A stretch of DNA of 64,000 bases. Source: Naegleria gruberi (lineage: Eukaryota). The stretch lies in assembly GCA_000004985.1 (NCBI GenBank), contig GG738908.1; one strand, given 5' to 3'. Made by a program: the position numbers and the translations under genes. Of the stretch, positions 22,301 to 33,575 are shown one piece after another (the stretch's first letter is position 1; the number at the start of each line of letters is the position of its first letter). The notes under the pieces were generated by a model that was not told where the DNA came from, did not search any database, and saw nothing but the letters and a program-made list of their open reading frames with translations.

Positions 22301-25300
22301 TCTGGTTGAGAATATTCAGCCTTAACATTGCTTTCAAAACATCTATTCATCGATTTGGAACTGATCTTTCCATTGGAAATTTTAGCAGAAACTCCATCAT
22401 AATAATGTTGGAAGGAGCTCAAAAAGGCACTCACATCTAATTGGACGGAAACGTATTTGTCAGACTTTGGATTCGACCAAAATACGTTGAACATTATTGG
22501 TTCTCTTGGACTGAAGATTGCATCTGATTGAGATACATATGCTTTGATGGTATATCTGTAACTGTGCAGGTCAGAATTCAATCTATTTTCTGTTACATAA
22601 CATAGCATTGGATAAGAAGTGGAACTCTTGGTGACTAACTTGTCAATATTTCCAAATATTTTCTCGCAATCCACCTTTGAACTAGTGTATCTGTAATTAC
22701 TATTGGTAACAATGCTGAAAGCTGCCAATTTTTTTCCAATTCCCCAAAGATTTTGATCCATATTCAAGTCAACTGAATAATCAAAATAGGTAGCTTGATC
22801 TGATTCCAAGAAATTGAAACAATCATCACCAAAGTGAGCTCCTATACAACCAGAACACGATTGTCCAGTGTAATAGTCGAGACATTGTTCACAATAAGTA
22901 CCATTGGATCTCGTATTGCATTTACAAACATTGTAGGAGGTACAAGTTCCTCTATAATTACAAACTGATTCTTCAGAGTGTGGTACATTGTCACATGTCC
23001 AATTTCCACACTTTGACCCATAGTAACCGGTAATGCAATCTTGGCAGGTATCTCCCTTAATAGTTTCCGATTCACAGACACAGATGTTTACAGATTTACA
23101 ATGACCTCTTGCTGAACAAACGGCTGGTGAAGAATTTTCAATTCCTCCACATGTCCATTTTTCACAATGAGTGCCATAATAACCATCTTCACAAGTTTGG
23201 CAATTACTACCAATGGATTTTGGTCTCGTACAAGAGCAAGTATCGAGAGCTGTACATATACCATTTCCATTGCAAACATTTGGATCCATGAAATGAGTTC
23301 CATTACATGTGAATTGTTCACAATTTTCACCAAAATATCCATCAGTACAGTTACAGTTATTGTAATCAACACATGTACCCTTAGAGGAACAGACTCTTGG
23401 TTGTGAGCTATCAGTTCCGTTACAACCAAAACTTTGACACATGCTTCCGTAATAACCAGTCTTGCAAGAACAAATACCAGGTTTCACACAAGTACCTTGC
23501 CCAGAGCAAACATCAGTTTCGTTTGCTACTTTCCCAAAACAAATTGGAAGTTCACAATTTTTACCTGCATAACCAGTACTACATTCACACAAGTCAATGT
23601 CCGTACATTTTCCATGGTTTGAACAGACACCATAACTACTCTTGGAAATTCCAAAACATGCGGCTTCAATTTCACAAGCATCACCATAATAACTACGATC
23701 ACAAGCACAGGTACTATTGAAAAAACAAGTACCTCTTCCATGACAAGATCCTGAATTGTAGCTTGACAAATCTTCACAAAAACCATAAGGAACACAAGTA
23801 CCTGAATCACTAGGAGAAATGGATGCAGAACAAGAGCAAGTGTTTGGACCAGTACATTTACCTTTTCCATTGCATACATTAGGGTTGGTAGCTTCGAGAT
23901 CATAACAAACAGGAGTATTACAGGAGGCCCCTGTGTAGCCACTTGCACATGAATATGTTGGCCAGTAGCCATAATGGTACCAAATGGAATCAACAACAGC
24001 GCCACAAGACATGGATGCTCCAACTAAATCGAGGCCACTAGGGACGTACTCAATATTACCACCCCAGCAACCATTTGCACCGTAGCTGTTCTTATTAGTA
24101 TCAAATCTAATACATGCCAATGTTGTGGATGCCCAAATCCAGAAACCATAGTCTCTATACTCGTGATGAATTTTAGTGATGTATTCATCATCAGCAAGTG
24201 TAAATTCAGTTTCCCGATTATCGCTGCTACCAATTGATTGACTGGTACCATCTCTAAACCTGAATTCGATACCGTACACATAGTCACTACTGTGTTTAAT
24301 TTTCATTCCTTTGATAAATTTAGATGTTGACTGCGGTGAACTCGTTTTACCTCCGTAGCTTGCACTACTTGTCACATACTGATATTCTGTACCTAAATAA
24401 TAACCATTAGAACTAAAAGACAAGGCTTTCAACTCTTTGGAAGTACCAGAAAGTCTAATGTAAATGATTGGCTTTTGCTCGCCTACATAATTATTGGAAT
24501 TCACAATAGGACTTGATGTTGAGACGATAAAACTATCAGTAATATCGTATTCTGTTGATAGTTGTTGAACTTGAATGATTTTTCCTTCCAGATGTCTGAA
24601 TCGGAATTGATACACACTCTTAGATTGAGCTTGCATAGTTCTGCTATTACCATCCACAATTGAATAAGGATCAGCGCTTGTACCAGTAATGACTGTTGCA
24701 ATGGTATTGTCTCGCTCAATTGACAATGAATGGATCTTGAAATAATCTTGTTTGAACTGGGAAATTTGAATGAAATTCTTTGTGAATGTAAATGTTGTCT
24801 TGATATAATCATATTGCAGAAGGAAGATATTTGGAGAGATTGCATTTCCATTCAAAAAACAATCAGCTTCACATGACAAGAGAATGTTGAGCTTCCCCAA
24901 TGAATCGAACTTAATTTTTGGAGTGGGAATCATGGCAGATGAACTGTGGAAGACTTTCTGAGAATGGACATAGGATCCATCCTTTGGATTTAACAATAGA
25001 ACCCATAGGGAAGACTGATGAGGTAAATATTCCTTATTTTCCCCATCAATGATCAGTTGGAATTCTTGTGTATCAAAGAACGAAACAACAACCCGATCAT
25101 ATACTACCGAGTAGTGAATAGCCATAACTTTACACTTTGTTGTGTCTTCACAACCTGCTATTGCCTTCTTTAGAATAACTTGATCTTTGTAAATGATCAA
25201 GTAAATTTGATATCCTTTCTGCATAATGAAGTATCTCTTTCCGCTTACATTGTCAATGTACATTGCTTGAATAGAATATCCAATCAAATTACTAAAAGGG

Positions 25301-25833
25301 GTGACAGATTGTACAACTCCTGCTGATGAAAGAGTTGCCATAAATGGTATATTCTTAAAGCTTGAGAATGTCTGTGAGGTGACTTGGAAACGTCCAATAC
25401 AAACTGGATACTGAGCAACAAAATACCCAGTCAACAATATATCTGCTTTGGAATTGAGGAATGTAATAGATTCACCCTCAAGTTGTGCTCCTCCACAATC
25501 ATCCTTTATGTTTACCTCCAGGAAGGAATTAAAAGTTTCACCAGAACGAACATTTCCCTGAATCATCACTCGTGAGGAATTTAAACTTGGAAGTGGAACC
25601 TTAATCAACATGTAATGTTTTTCATTATTGTCGGAAATTACATCCACAAAGGACGAACCCTCCCCAAGTGTTTTAATGGTACTGTCAAAATTCTTGATGA
25701 GGCCGTATTTGCAGTTTGGTGCAATCTTGGTCATATCTGAGCAAGGTTCCCCTAAACCTGCCTTAATCACATCAAATATTGAACATGATACAATTAAGAA
25801 AATTAGAACAAACGGCAAGACTGTTGTTCTCAT
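19366..25833 (-). CDS. Paralog A, 2155 aa. Signal peptide, N-terminal domain, jacalin-like lectin domain, ~13 tenascin-type EGF repeats, Ser/Thr-rich stalk, one TM helix, and a short cytoplasmic tail ending PTTI.
   Basis: ATG at 25833. The signal-like N-terminus is MRTTVLPFVLIFLIVSCSIF. The jacalin-like stretch is YVYGIEFRFRDGTSQSIG...GLDLVGASMSCGAVVDSIWYHYGY. EGF repeats have the form CxGxGxCxxPxxCxCxxGYyGxxC. The TM helix is AAAVILIPIFICCGCFIAIPITVGCIIV, followed by REKRKR. Confidence 0.8.
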   Translation of the reverse strand: MRTTVLPFVLIFLIVSCSIFDVIKAGLGEPCSDMTKIAPNCKYGLIKNFDSTIKTLGEGSSFVDVISDNNEKHYMLIKVPLPSLNSSRVMIQGNVRSGETFNSFLEVNIKDDCGGAQLEGESITFLNSKADILLTGYFVAQYPVCIGRFQVTSQTFSSFKNIPFMATLSSAGVVQSVTPFSNLIGYSIQAMYIDNVSGKRYFIMQKGYQIYLIIYKDQVILKKAIAGCEDTTKCKVMAIHYSVVYDRVVVSFFDTQEFQLIIDGENKEYLPHQSSLWVLLLNPKDGSYVHSQKVFHSSSAMIPTPKIKFDSLGKLNILLSCEADCFLNGNAISPNIFLLQYDYIKTTFTFTKNFIQISQFKQDYFKIHSLSIERDNTIATVITGTSADPYSIVDGNSRTMQAQSKSVYQFRFRHLEGKIIQVQQLSTEYDITDSFIVSTSSPIVNSNNYVGEQKPIIYIRLSGTSKELKALSFSSNGYYLGTEYQYVTSSASYGGKTSSPQSTSKFIKGMKIKHSSDYVYGIEFRFRDGTSQSIGSSDNRETEFTLADDEYITKIHHEYRDYGFWIWASTTLACIRFDTNKNSYGANGCWGGNIEYVPSGLDLVGASMSCGAVVDSIWYHYGYWPTYSCASGYTGASCNTPVCYDLEATNPNVCNGKGKCTGPNTCSCSASISPSDSGTCVPYGFCEDLSSYNSGSCHGRGTCFFNSTCACDRSYYGDACEIEAACFGISKSSYGVCSNHGKCTDIDLCECSTGYAGKNCELPICFGKVANETDVCSGQGTCVKPGICSCKTGYYGSMCQSFGCNGTDSSQPRVCSSKGTCVDYNNCNCTDGYFGENCEQFTCNGTHFMDPNVCNGNGICTALDTCSCTRPKSIGSNCQTCEDGYYGTHCEKWTCGGIENSSPAVCSARGHCKSVNICVCESETIKGDTCQDCITGYYGSKCGNWTCDNVPHSEESVCNYRGTCTSYNVCKCNTRSNGTYCEQCLDYYTGQSCSGCIGAHFGDDCFNFLESDQATYFDYSVDLNMDQNLWGIGKKLAAFSIVTNSNYRYTSSKVDCEKIFGNIDKLVTKSSTSYPMLCYVTENRLNSDLHSYRYTIKAYVSQSDAIFSPREPIMFNVFWSNPKSDKYVSVQLDVSAFLSSFQHYYDGVSAKISNGKISSKSMNRCFESNVKAEYSQPEHGNFQAMTWELTGNSVALMSNKLVSDAIQNSQNQLEWTFPYVSDILKLSTIDMSVSVISNFGLTYTKNLSFPIEGSYPKLLLKVPTTKIVMTSTQATIPLAQFFAENQECVDARTVSFQVHSTYPTYYFNWETTEKAIVIKPKTFSENLSFTIELIDGTTLPFQLQMIAPTVLIKESLIVYKPSRIPSITLTCKNYYGAESLQKSIVFLLLENNHVYRKISLETSSATVSVPVNTIYPDFNMTIDHTFTVACLQSYYYSVAPAPDLLNLMTNSENQPVVIGKSTQVVSFIPDTRIDVSSCNVLGATLTGMKVNNVIPSLEESTTYFLDILTSQASNCQVDIRYIGSQFERYPLASIFVSGTRYLLPLQYKNGKLKSKDSTIQNVGKYFTLSLMGTSDVTDVTVPVTVQDSLSDQIKLKDCTITPSKLEVGFTIGKLSCTMGNPLSTISMTLLNEDSIVATSVSFPISFKTTKFGSNFKILFSDTKTGGKLTMPIKLTNVIEFSTNSLFTNDVVSSLSNSLSSPTNDFHKSNDLVISIVSNIGTVAQNNSVISEISKIIPLALNATATSLSTQLDTNLAQNSVTSEDMSNYMNQVKVLSKPQFLTEETTSKTVDMINKFVDISSKAAVWSSDSSNSLSEILVNVASKIPETSTIKLASSIVNAAISLGTKTELTTLDFFPGEKPSNLVSINAVKTSISALNSNSFSFSNSNSSLVSFSVSMISTIQMVNIANSLFKFPTKLSRKVEDVKKEYVSQLNISNSLTGSVHINIPIPSYIAPISSRTNQTFRCSLTLDFTNFETESSCKFVKTSFQLLTDIKASEQTLIVHCLCDLSSLSNLMNNSMVGITADYLEQTLPNDINAPLSNDSSGAAAVILIPIFICCGCFIAIPITVGCIIVREKRKRDNAKETNKEAPPNPQYERVVTSSTLQSNSSQNAFRFEHRDSTTPTIGHRQPYSIAMKTFSTIDVIDVHFDNPTTI
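19742..20482. repeat. Inverted-repeat arm 1, ~740 bp, inside the 3' part of paralog A. Near-identical at the DNA level to 31549-32282.
   Basis: Identical runs of up to ~85 nt include synonymous positions, for example ttaacaagtttgttgatatttcaagtaaggcagctgtttggtcatcagattcttcaaattcactttctgaaattttggtaaatgt. The antisense shadow ORFs 20129-20500(+) and 31493-31888(-) translate to near-identical peptides. Confidence 0.75.
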
Positions 25834-26236
25834 ATTGAGTTGTTGAGTGTTTTGTTTTTCGGATTTTGGAGAAGGGACGCAAAGTCGATGAGGCCAACAC
25901 TTTTGACACTCAATTCACACCCACACAATTTGTGGTTGCATATTTCCTGTTGTTTGGTCCACTGTAAATAGTGTTAAAAAGGGTGCAGATGGGCTCACAT
26001 AGAGTCCACCACAGCCCTTCTCCAAAATTGTAAATCTTGAAAAATAACAACTTATTAAGACTTGATTACAGTTGCCAAGGGCGCAAACAGTAAATGAAGG
26101 AAATTGCCAGCACGCAAACAACAACATTTTGAGGTGTGAATGCACAGTTTGTCACAGATGTTTGCCTCTTCGTCAATGCGTCTTCTTTTGAAGCAAAACT
26201 TGAAAAAAACAACAACACAAACAAACAACACTCAGA
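25834..26236. promoter_or_regulatory. Shared divergent promoter region between the start codons of paralogs A and B (~400 bp).
   Basis: It lies between ATG 25833 (minus) and ATG 26237 (plus). It contains no long ORF apart from track artefacts. Confidence 0.4.
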
Positions 26237-29200
26237 GATGAAACTTCTTCATCATCACTATTTAACTTTCCTGTTATTGTTGTGGGTAGCGAGCTGTGTA
26301 GTGGCTGTGACCTTAGAACCATGCGCGGACATGACCAAAACAGCTCCTTATTGTAAGAATGGCCTCACTAAGAATTTTGAAAAATCCATCAAGGTATTTG
26401 ATGGTAGTTGGGAATTAAGGGATTCAATTGCTGACCAAAATGAGAGACACTATATGTTAATTAAGGAAAATTCATCAAAGATTATCATTCAGGGAAATCA
26501 ACGTTACGGCTCAAATTTCACACAGTTCTCATCTACCACAATTCAAGATGATTGTGGACAAGCAAATATTGAGGGAGAATCAATAAGGTTTTTGAACTCT
26601 GATGGGCAAATTCTATTGAGTGGTTGGTTTGTGGCCAGTGAATCTGTTTGCATTGGTGATTTTCACGTGTATCCACAACAAAATTCTTCAGCAAACTCAA
26701 CAGATCTCGCAGAAACTAGTATCCCTTTTTTAGCAATTCTTTCACCAATTACTGCTGCTGTGCAATCAGTGGTAACTCTTACGGATATGATTGGGTTCAG
26801 CCTGCAATCCTTGGATATAGATCAATATACTGGTAAGATTTACTTGATTATGCAAAACAAGACTCAAATCAACTTGGTGACACTCTTCAAGAATCAAATC
26901 ATTCTCAACCAGCAAATTGCAACCTGCCAAGATCCAACCAAGTGCCAAGTCTTGTCTATTCACTTCTCTGCCTTGTATGAAAGAATTATTGTCTCTTTCT
27001 TTGAGAAGTCTTCCTTTCAATTAACAATTGCTGGCGATATGAAAACGTATTCATCTTATCAATCAGCTCAATGGGTACTATTGCTCAATAAGGATGGATC
27101 CTATATTCACAACCAAAGAATCTTTCATAGCTCGGACTCTGTTATGTCCACACCTAAAATCAAGTTTGATTCTATTGGAAAACTCAACATTCTCCTTATT
27201 TGTGAAAGAAATTGTTACCTTAATGAAGATGCTGTTTCACCAAATGTATTCCTTCTTCAGTATGATTATGTAAACACAGTCTATTCATTTGTGAAGAACT
27301 TTATTTCTACAACTGGAAATTTCACATTCACCATTCATTCACTCTCTGTTGAAAGAGATTTAACACTGACTACTGTAATCTCACCACTTAATTCAGTTTC
27401 GTATACAATTAAAGATGTAGCAGGAAGATCTATGCAAGCTGTAAATAATACTGTCTATCAGTACAGATTCAGACATGTTGATGGAAAGATTATTCACATT
27501 CTTCCTCTCACTTCTGAAGTTGATTTGACTAATGCATTCCTAGTTTCAACTTCCAGTCCAGTTGTCAACACTAACAACTTTATAAGAGAACAGAATCCAA
27601 TCCTTTACACAAGAACATCACCAATTACATACAAGACAGAACTTTTTGTTCAAGCATATATTTATTATGGCAATAGAGATAATGAAAAGGACTATACCTA
27701 CATCTCGAAAAGTCCTAGATATGGTGGTGATAGTGGAGCTGGAGATCCAACAACCCAAAAGGTGTCAAGAATTGATATTTTGGGTGATGGATACGTTTAT
27801 TGCTTCAAATTCACATACACCGATGGAGCTATCAAATATTTTAATGAAGCAAGATGTATTGGTAGAGTTATCACTGCCTATTTAGACAATGATGAATATA
27901 TCAAGGAGATGAGCCACGATTATACCACCTTTGGGAGTGCGCAGATATTGCTTTGCATTTCGTTTAAAACAAACAAACAAACCATCAATTTTTTATGTGA
28001 CAACAAAGTGAAATTTGTGGAATATGTCCCAGAAGGATTAGAGGTAATAGGGTTTGGAGTTAAAAGTGGTTATTGTATTGATTCAATCTCCTATATGTAT
28101 GGCTATACCAATACTTATTCATGTGCCAACGGTTACAGTGGTGATGACTGTTCAGCCCCAGTATGTTATGATGTTGATTCTTCCAGTAAGTTGGTGTGTA
28201 ATGGAAATGGTCGATGTGCAGGTCCTAATAATTGCTCCTGTATGTCATCAAGTGTTAACACTGACTCTCACAATTGTGCATCATATTCATTTTGTAATGA
28301 TGTTTCATCCAACAGCGTGGCCATATGTTCTGGAAGAGGATCATGCCATTACAATGGAACATGTAGTTGTGAAAAAGGTTACTACGGAAATGAATGCTCA
28401 ATCGAAGCACAATGTTTTGGTATTCCAAAGAGCAGTTATGGAACTTGCTCTAATCATGGTAATTGTTTAGACATTGATACTTGCGAATGTAATGTAGGTT
28501 ACACTGGAAGAAATTGTGAACTCCCAATTTGTTTCGGAAAGGCGGCTAACACTTCAGGTATTTGTTCTGGACATGGATCTTGTGTGAGGCCAAGTGTCTG
28601 TTCTTGCAAAACTGGTTACTATGGTCCAAAATGTGAATATTTCTATTGTAATGGAACTGCCAATGCTTCTCCATCAGTTTGTTCATCAAAAGGTGGCTGT
28701 ATAGACTACAACAAATGTGTTTGTAAGGAAGGTTACTATGGTCCAAACTGTGAGCTCTATAATTGTAGTGGAATTGTGTATAATGATCCAAATGTTTGTT
28801 CAGGAAACGGACAATGCATTGGAGTAAATAATTGCGCATGTACCACTCCAAGATCTAGTGGTCAATCGTGTGAAAAATGTGATTCTGGTTACTTTGGGTC
28901 TCACTGTGAAAAGTTCACATGTGGCAACATTGAGAGCACCTCTCCAACCGTATGTAGTGGAAGAGGCATTTGTAAATCTTTAAATACTTGCATTTGTGAA
29001 AATGACAATATTAATGGAAAGCTTTGTGAAAGTTGCATCACTGGTTACTATGGGGAAAAGTGCACCAATTGGACATGTAATGGTATTCCAAGTACTAATA
29101 GTTCAGTTTGTAATTATAGAGGAGTTTGTTCTTCGTATAACAATTGTGTATGTAATAGCAGATCATATGGCACATATTGTAATCAGTGTATTGGATTCTA

Positions 29201-32200
29201 TGTTGGACAAACATGTGGATCATGTGCTGGATCTCATTATGGTGATGAGTGCTACAACTTTTTAGAATCAAATAAGGCCCCATATTTGAATTATCAAAAT
29301 GGTTTCATAATTATAACCAATACCAATTTTAGATTCCAGCAGGGAACTGTTGATTGTTCTCGTGTGTTTGAAAATGTTGGTGATATTTCTAAAGTTATCA
29401 ATGTTGTAACTTGTAAAGTTACAGAAATTGGACTCAATTTGGATAAACGAAGTTATAGATATACTATTGAAGTAACTATACCAAATAACTATGCAATTTT
29501 CAATCCAAGAAACCCTATCAGCTTCAACGTTATGTGGTCATCAACTAAAGCTCCTATTTATCAAATGGTCAACTTGGATATAAGTGACTTTTTGAAGAAT
29601 GAACAACCTTATTATCGTGGAGTATATTTCCAAGTGACCAATGGAGTTGCTAGTGGTAAAACAATTAACAGATGTTTTGAAACCAAAATCAAGGCATATT
29701 ATTCTCAGCCAGAATTTGGTACTTTCCAAAGCTTAACTTGGAATTTGACTGGAAACTCTGTATCATTAATGAAAAACAAATTAGTGAGCGATGCCATCCA
29801 AAATGCTCAAAACAAGCTCGAGTGGACTTTCCCTTACATTCCAGAGCTATCTCACTTTGGTTATATTGAATTATCTGTCAGTGTTGTCACTAATTTTGGT
29901 TTGAAATATACTTCTAGTGATGCGCTGAGCGTGAGTGGAAGCTACAGAAAAACACCTTACTATTTCCCAAGAACAACATTCCTTCTCACATCTAACGAAC
30001 TTACAATCCCATTATCACAATACTTTTCAGAAAATCTGGAATGCATTGATGGAAGAACTATTTCATACACAATTTCTAAACATTTCAAAATATTGGATAG
30101 TTACTTTTCTTTGGAGTTTACAGAAAAGGATATTGTCTTCAAAGCAAAGACCACTTCTATGTATATGTTTATTACAATCCAAATGATAGATGGTACTCAA
30201 ATTCTACTCAATTTCAATTTCAAACCTCCAACAGTTTCAATTAAGGAAACTGTAGTTGTTTACAAAGAATCAAGTGTTCCAACTTTGACTCTTTCTTGCA
30301 AGTATTATTATGGAAGAGATCAAATTTCCATTCCACAGATGATGTTAATAATGGAAAATAATCAAGTTTATAAGAGAATTATGATGGCTCAAACAGACGA
30401 AACTGTTTCATTGCAAGTCAATCAATTGTATCCTTGGTTTGATTTAACGATTCCTCACACCTTCACTGTTGCTTGCTTGCGGTCAACTGATTATGCTCTT
30501 TCTGACCTTTCTTCTCTTTCAAGAGTTATTACAAACTATAACAGTATCCTACCAGTTGTTGGAATTACAACACAAACAGTTTCCTTTATATCTGAAACAA
30601 TTAATGATTATTCTTCATGTAAGGTCCTTGGTGCAAGTTTGATTGGTTTAAAGTCAAATACCATTCCATTCCCAGAAATTTGGACTACCTATTTCCTTGA
30701 GATTTTGACAACTCAAGCTCCAAACTGCCAAGTTGATATTTCATATATTAATTCTCAAAATGAAAAATATATGTTAGATAATGTTTCTGTGAGTGGTTCT
30801 AAATATGTACTTCCATTACAATTTTTAGAAAGAAAGCTCAAATCTAGGTTGACAACAATTTCAAATCTCTACAATTATTTCACACTTTCCTTAAAAGGAT
30901 CCAATGATTTAGTTGAAAAAACTACCAATTTAATTGTACAAGATTCATTGTCTTCCATTGTTAATGTTGCTGATTGTACCATTTCTCCTTCAAAGATTGA
31001 AATTGGCTTTACACTTGCAAAACTTTCATGCTCAATATCTCCACCCTCCACATACTTAATGACACTTTATCATGAAGATTCTATTGTGGCAACTTCGTAT
31101 TCCTCACCAATTTCATTCAAGTTTTCAAAGAGTGGTAAGAATTTCAAGCTTCAATTCCTAGATGAAAAAACAGGAGGACAAACAACTTTGCCAATAACCC
31201 TGATGAACCAAATTGAGTTTAGTACAAGCAGTTTGTTTACAGATGAATTGGTTTCATCTATATCAAGTAGTCTGGCAAATTCAAGTTCAGATTATTTCAA
31301 GAATAATGATTTGGTAATTTCAATGGTTTCTAATTTCAATTCTCTTTCTTCAAATAATTCTATTGTTATGGGAGAAATTCAAAGAATAATTCCAGCTGCT
31401 TTAGCTGCCACTACTTCTTCAGTTTCCACCCAACTGGATGTCAATCTAGCCCAAGGATCTGTGACATCCGAAGCAATTTCTAAATATATCAATCAAGTCA
31501 AAATTCTTTCAAAACCTGAATTCCTTACTAAGGAAAGTACAATGTCAACTGTTGATATGATTAACAAGTTTGTTGATATTTCAAGTAAGGCAGCTGTTTG
31601 GTCATCAGATTCTTCAAATTCACTTTCTGAAATTTTGGTAAATGTTGCAGCAAATATCCCAGAAAGTTCTACTATCAAATTGGCATCTTCAATTGTGAAT
31701 GCTGCTATTTCGTTGGGAACTAAGGCCGAGTTGACAACTTTAGACTTTTTCCCAGGTGAAAAACCATCCAATTTGGTTTCTATTAATGCTGTCAAGACTT
31801 CAGTAGCCTTTTTGAATTCGAATAGTTTTTCCTTCTCCAATTCTAATAGTTCATTGGTCTCTTTTAGTGTTTCCACGGTTTCCACCATTCAAATGGTCAA
31901 TATTGCAAATTCATTATTCAAATTCCCAACCAAATTATCAAGAAAAGTTGAAGATGTAAAAAAGGAATATATTTCACAATTGACCATTTCAAATTCATTG
32001 ACAGGAAGTGTTCATATCAATATTCCAATTCCATCCTATATTGCACCAATCAGTTCAAGAACCAATCAAACATTCAGATGCAGTTTGACTCTTGATTTTA
32101 CAAATTTTGAAACTGAATCAAGTTGTAAATTTATCAAGACATCTTTCCAATTATTGACAGATATCAAAGCAAGTGAACAAACTCTTATTGTCCATTGTTT

Positions 32201-32699
32201 GTGTGATTTATCCTCTCTTTCCAACCTCATGAACAATTCAATGGTTGGAATAACTGCTGATTACCTTGAACAAACTCTTCCTCTTCCTGAAAAGTCAACC
32301 ACTCAAAACAGTGACAATAACAATAATGGTAATAACGATAATAATAACAATAACAGTAATGGAAATAGTAATGATAGTTCTGCAGCTGCAGCTGTGGTGA
32401 TTCTCATCCCAGTTCTCTTGTGTTGTGTCTGCTTTATCACAATTCCAATTGTTGTTGGTTTCATTATCGTGAGAGAGAAGAGAAAGCAACAGCAAAACAC
32501 TCCAAATGTTGCACCACCAATGCCTGCCAACACTCGACCACAATATGATAGAGTAATGACTAATTCAACCAATAGCTCAGGTTCTCCATTTGATCAATTT
32601 GGAAGAGTCAATTCGAATTTCAATCAACCATCTAGTAATAATATTGCAATGACAACATATTCTGAAACTAATTTGGGTCACAAACCTACAACTATATAA
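26237..32699 (+). CDS. Paralog B, ~2154 aa from the first ATG. Same architecture as A, plus an Asn-rich insertion (NSDNNNNGNNDNNNNNSNGNSND) before the TM helix.
   Basis: The first ATG is at 26237 (MKLLHHHYLTFLLLLWVASCVVAVT, a signal peptide). The track ORF starts upstream at 26136 with a non-ATG start. Identity to A is ~50-60% over the N-terminal half and ~95% aa over the last ~250 extracellular residues. The TM helix is AAAAVVILIPVLLCCVCFITIPIVVGFIIV. The tail ends PTTI. Confidence 0.8.
31549..32282. repeat. Inverted-repeat arm 2 inside the 3' part of paralog B. It matches 19742-20482 in reverse orientation.
   Basis: As for arm 1. Weaker similarity (~65% aa) continues 5' of the arm. Confidence 0.75.
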
Positions 32700-32849
32700 A
32701 TAAATTGACCTCGTTTGTCGAATTATTTATATCTTGTTCGTGATTACCATCTAAAGTAACGAATTTTGTAAATTTCACGTTTGAAGAAATCACGTTATTT
32801 TCACGTTTAATAGGAATGGATACACATTCTTCGTAACAAACAAACAAAA

Positions 32850-33575
32850 ATGAATCCAAACCCACAGCTACCCAATCAAATTGAGCCAATGGTCCATTCT
32901 ACAAACCCCCAGTTATCAAACTCGAATCAATCGTTAGAAATGAATGAAATGTTAAATCTTTTCGAAGAACCTAACCCCATTCCAATAATTACAGTTGAAC
33001 AAGTTGATCCAAAAAGCAAGGTTACATCTCACAACTTTAGAACTCTGTTGAGAATAAGTGTACAGGTAAATGGAAAATACGTTCCCTTCAAGCCAACACA
33101 TATTGGGCTAATAACAGCAAAAAGGAATCCAACCATTAGTTTTTTTCTTGATGCAGATCTTCCAACTATTGCAACGCTCAAATGGGAAAGATTTGGAGCA
33201 AAGTGTTACAAAAAAAGTTGTAAAGGAAGATATCTAGTTGTTTTAGAGGTTGTCAATGGTTTAGAAGAAACTCAACACTTTGGTTTGATAGTACATGTTG
33301 GAAGAACCAATCAGAAAGGATGCTTCAGTACGAAAGATCTTCCATTCTTCAAATATTCATGGTTTGAAATAAGAGATGTTGCTTCATTTGTTGATGAAAC
33401 AAATCCACAATTGATTTACTTGTGGGATGAGAGTTTTCTATCTCAAAACCAAAGAGTTTCGTATTTTGAAGTTAAGAAGGACAATGTGGTTGACGATGAA
33501 ATGGTGCCACAAATCAAAAGAAAAGAAATGTGTAGTGAAGAAACTATTCCAAAAAGAAAAAAGACAAAAGTTTAA
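32850..33575 (+). CDS. Hypothetical protein, 241 aa.
   Basis: ATG at 32850 and TAA stop. No recognised domain. Its stop codon overlaps the stop codon of the convergent F-box gene. Confidence 0.5.
   Translation: MNPNPQLPNQIEPMVHSTNPQLSNSNQSLEMNEMLNLFEEPNPIPIITVEQVDPKSKVTSHNFRTLLRISVQVNGKYVPFKPTHIGLITAKRNPTISFFLDADLPTIATLKWERFGAKCYKKSCKGRYLVVLEVVNGLEETQHFGLIVHVGRTNQKGCFSTKDLPFFKYSWFEIRDVASFVDETNPQLIYLWDESFLSQNQRVSYFEVKKDNVVDDEMVPQIKRKEMCSEETIPKRKKTKV

Noticed and set aside
22842-24287. Several His/Asn-rich or Val/Met-rich ORFs inside the big paralogs: 23088-23429, 23397-23720, 23526-24023, 28054-28470, 28546-28851 and 28996-29265.
   Set aside because: They are out-of-frame or antisense readings of the TGT/TGC/GGT-rich EGF-repeat coding sequence. 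They have no independent start context and sit entirely inside the validated 2155- and 2187-codon frames.
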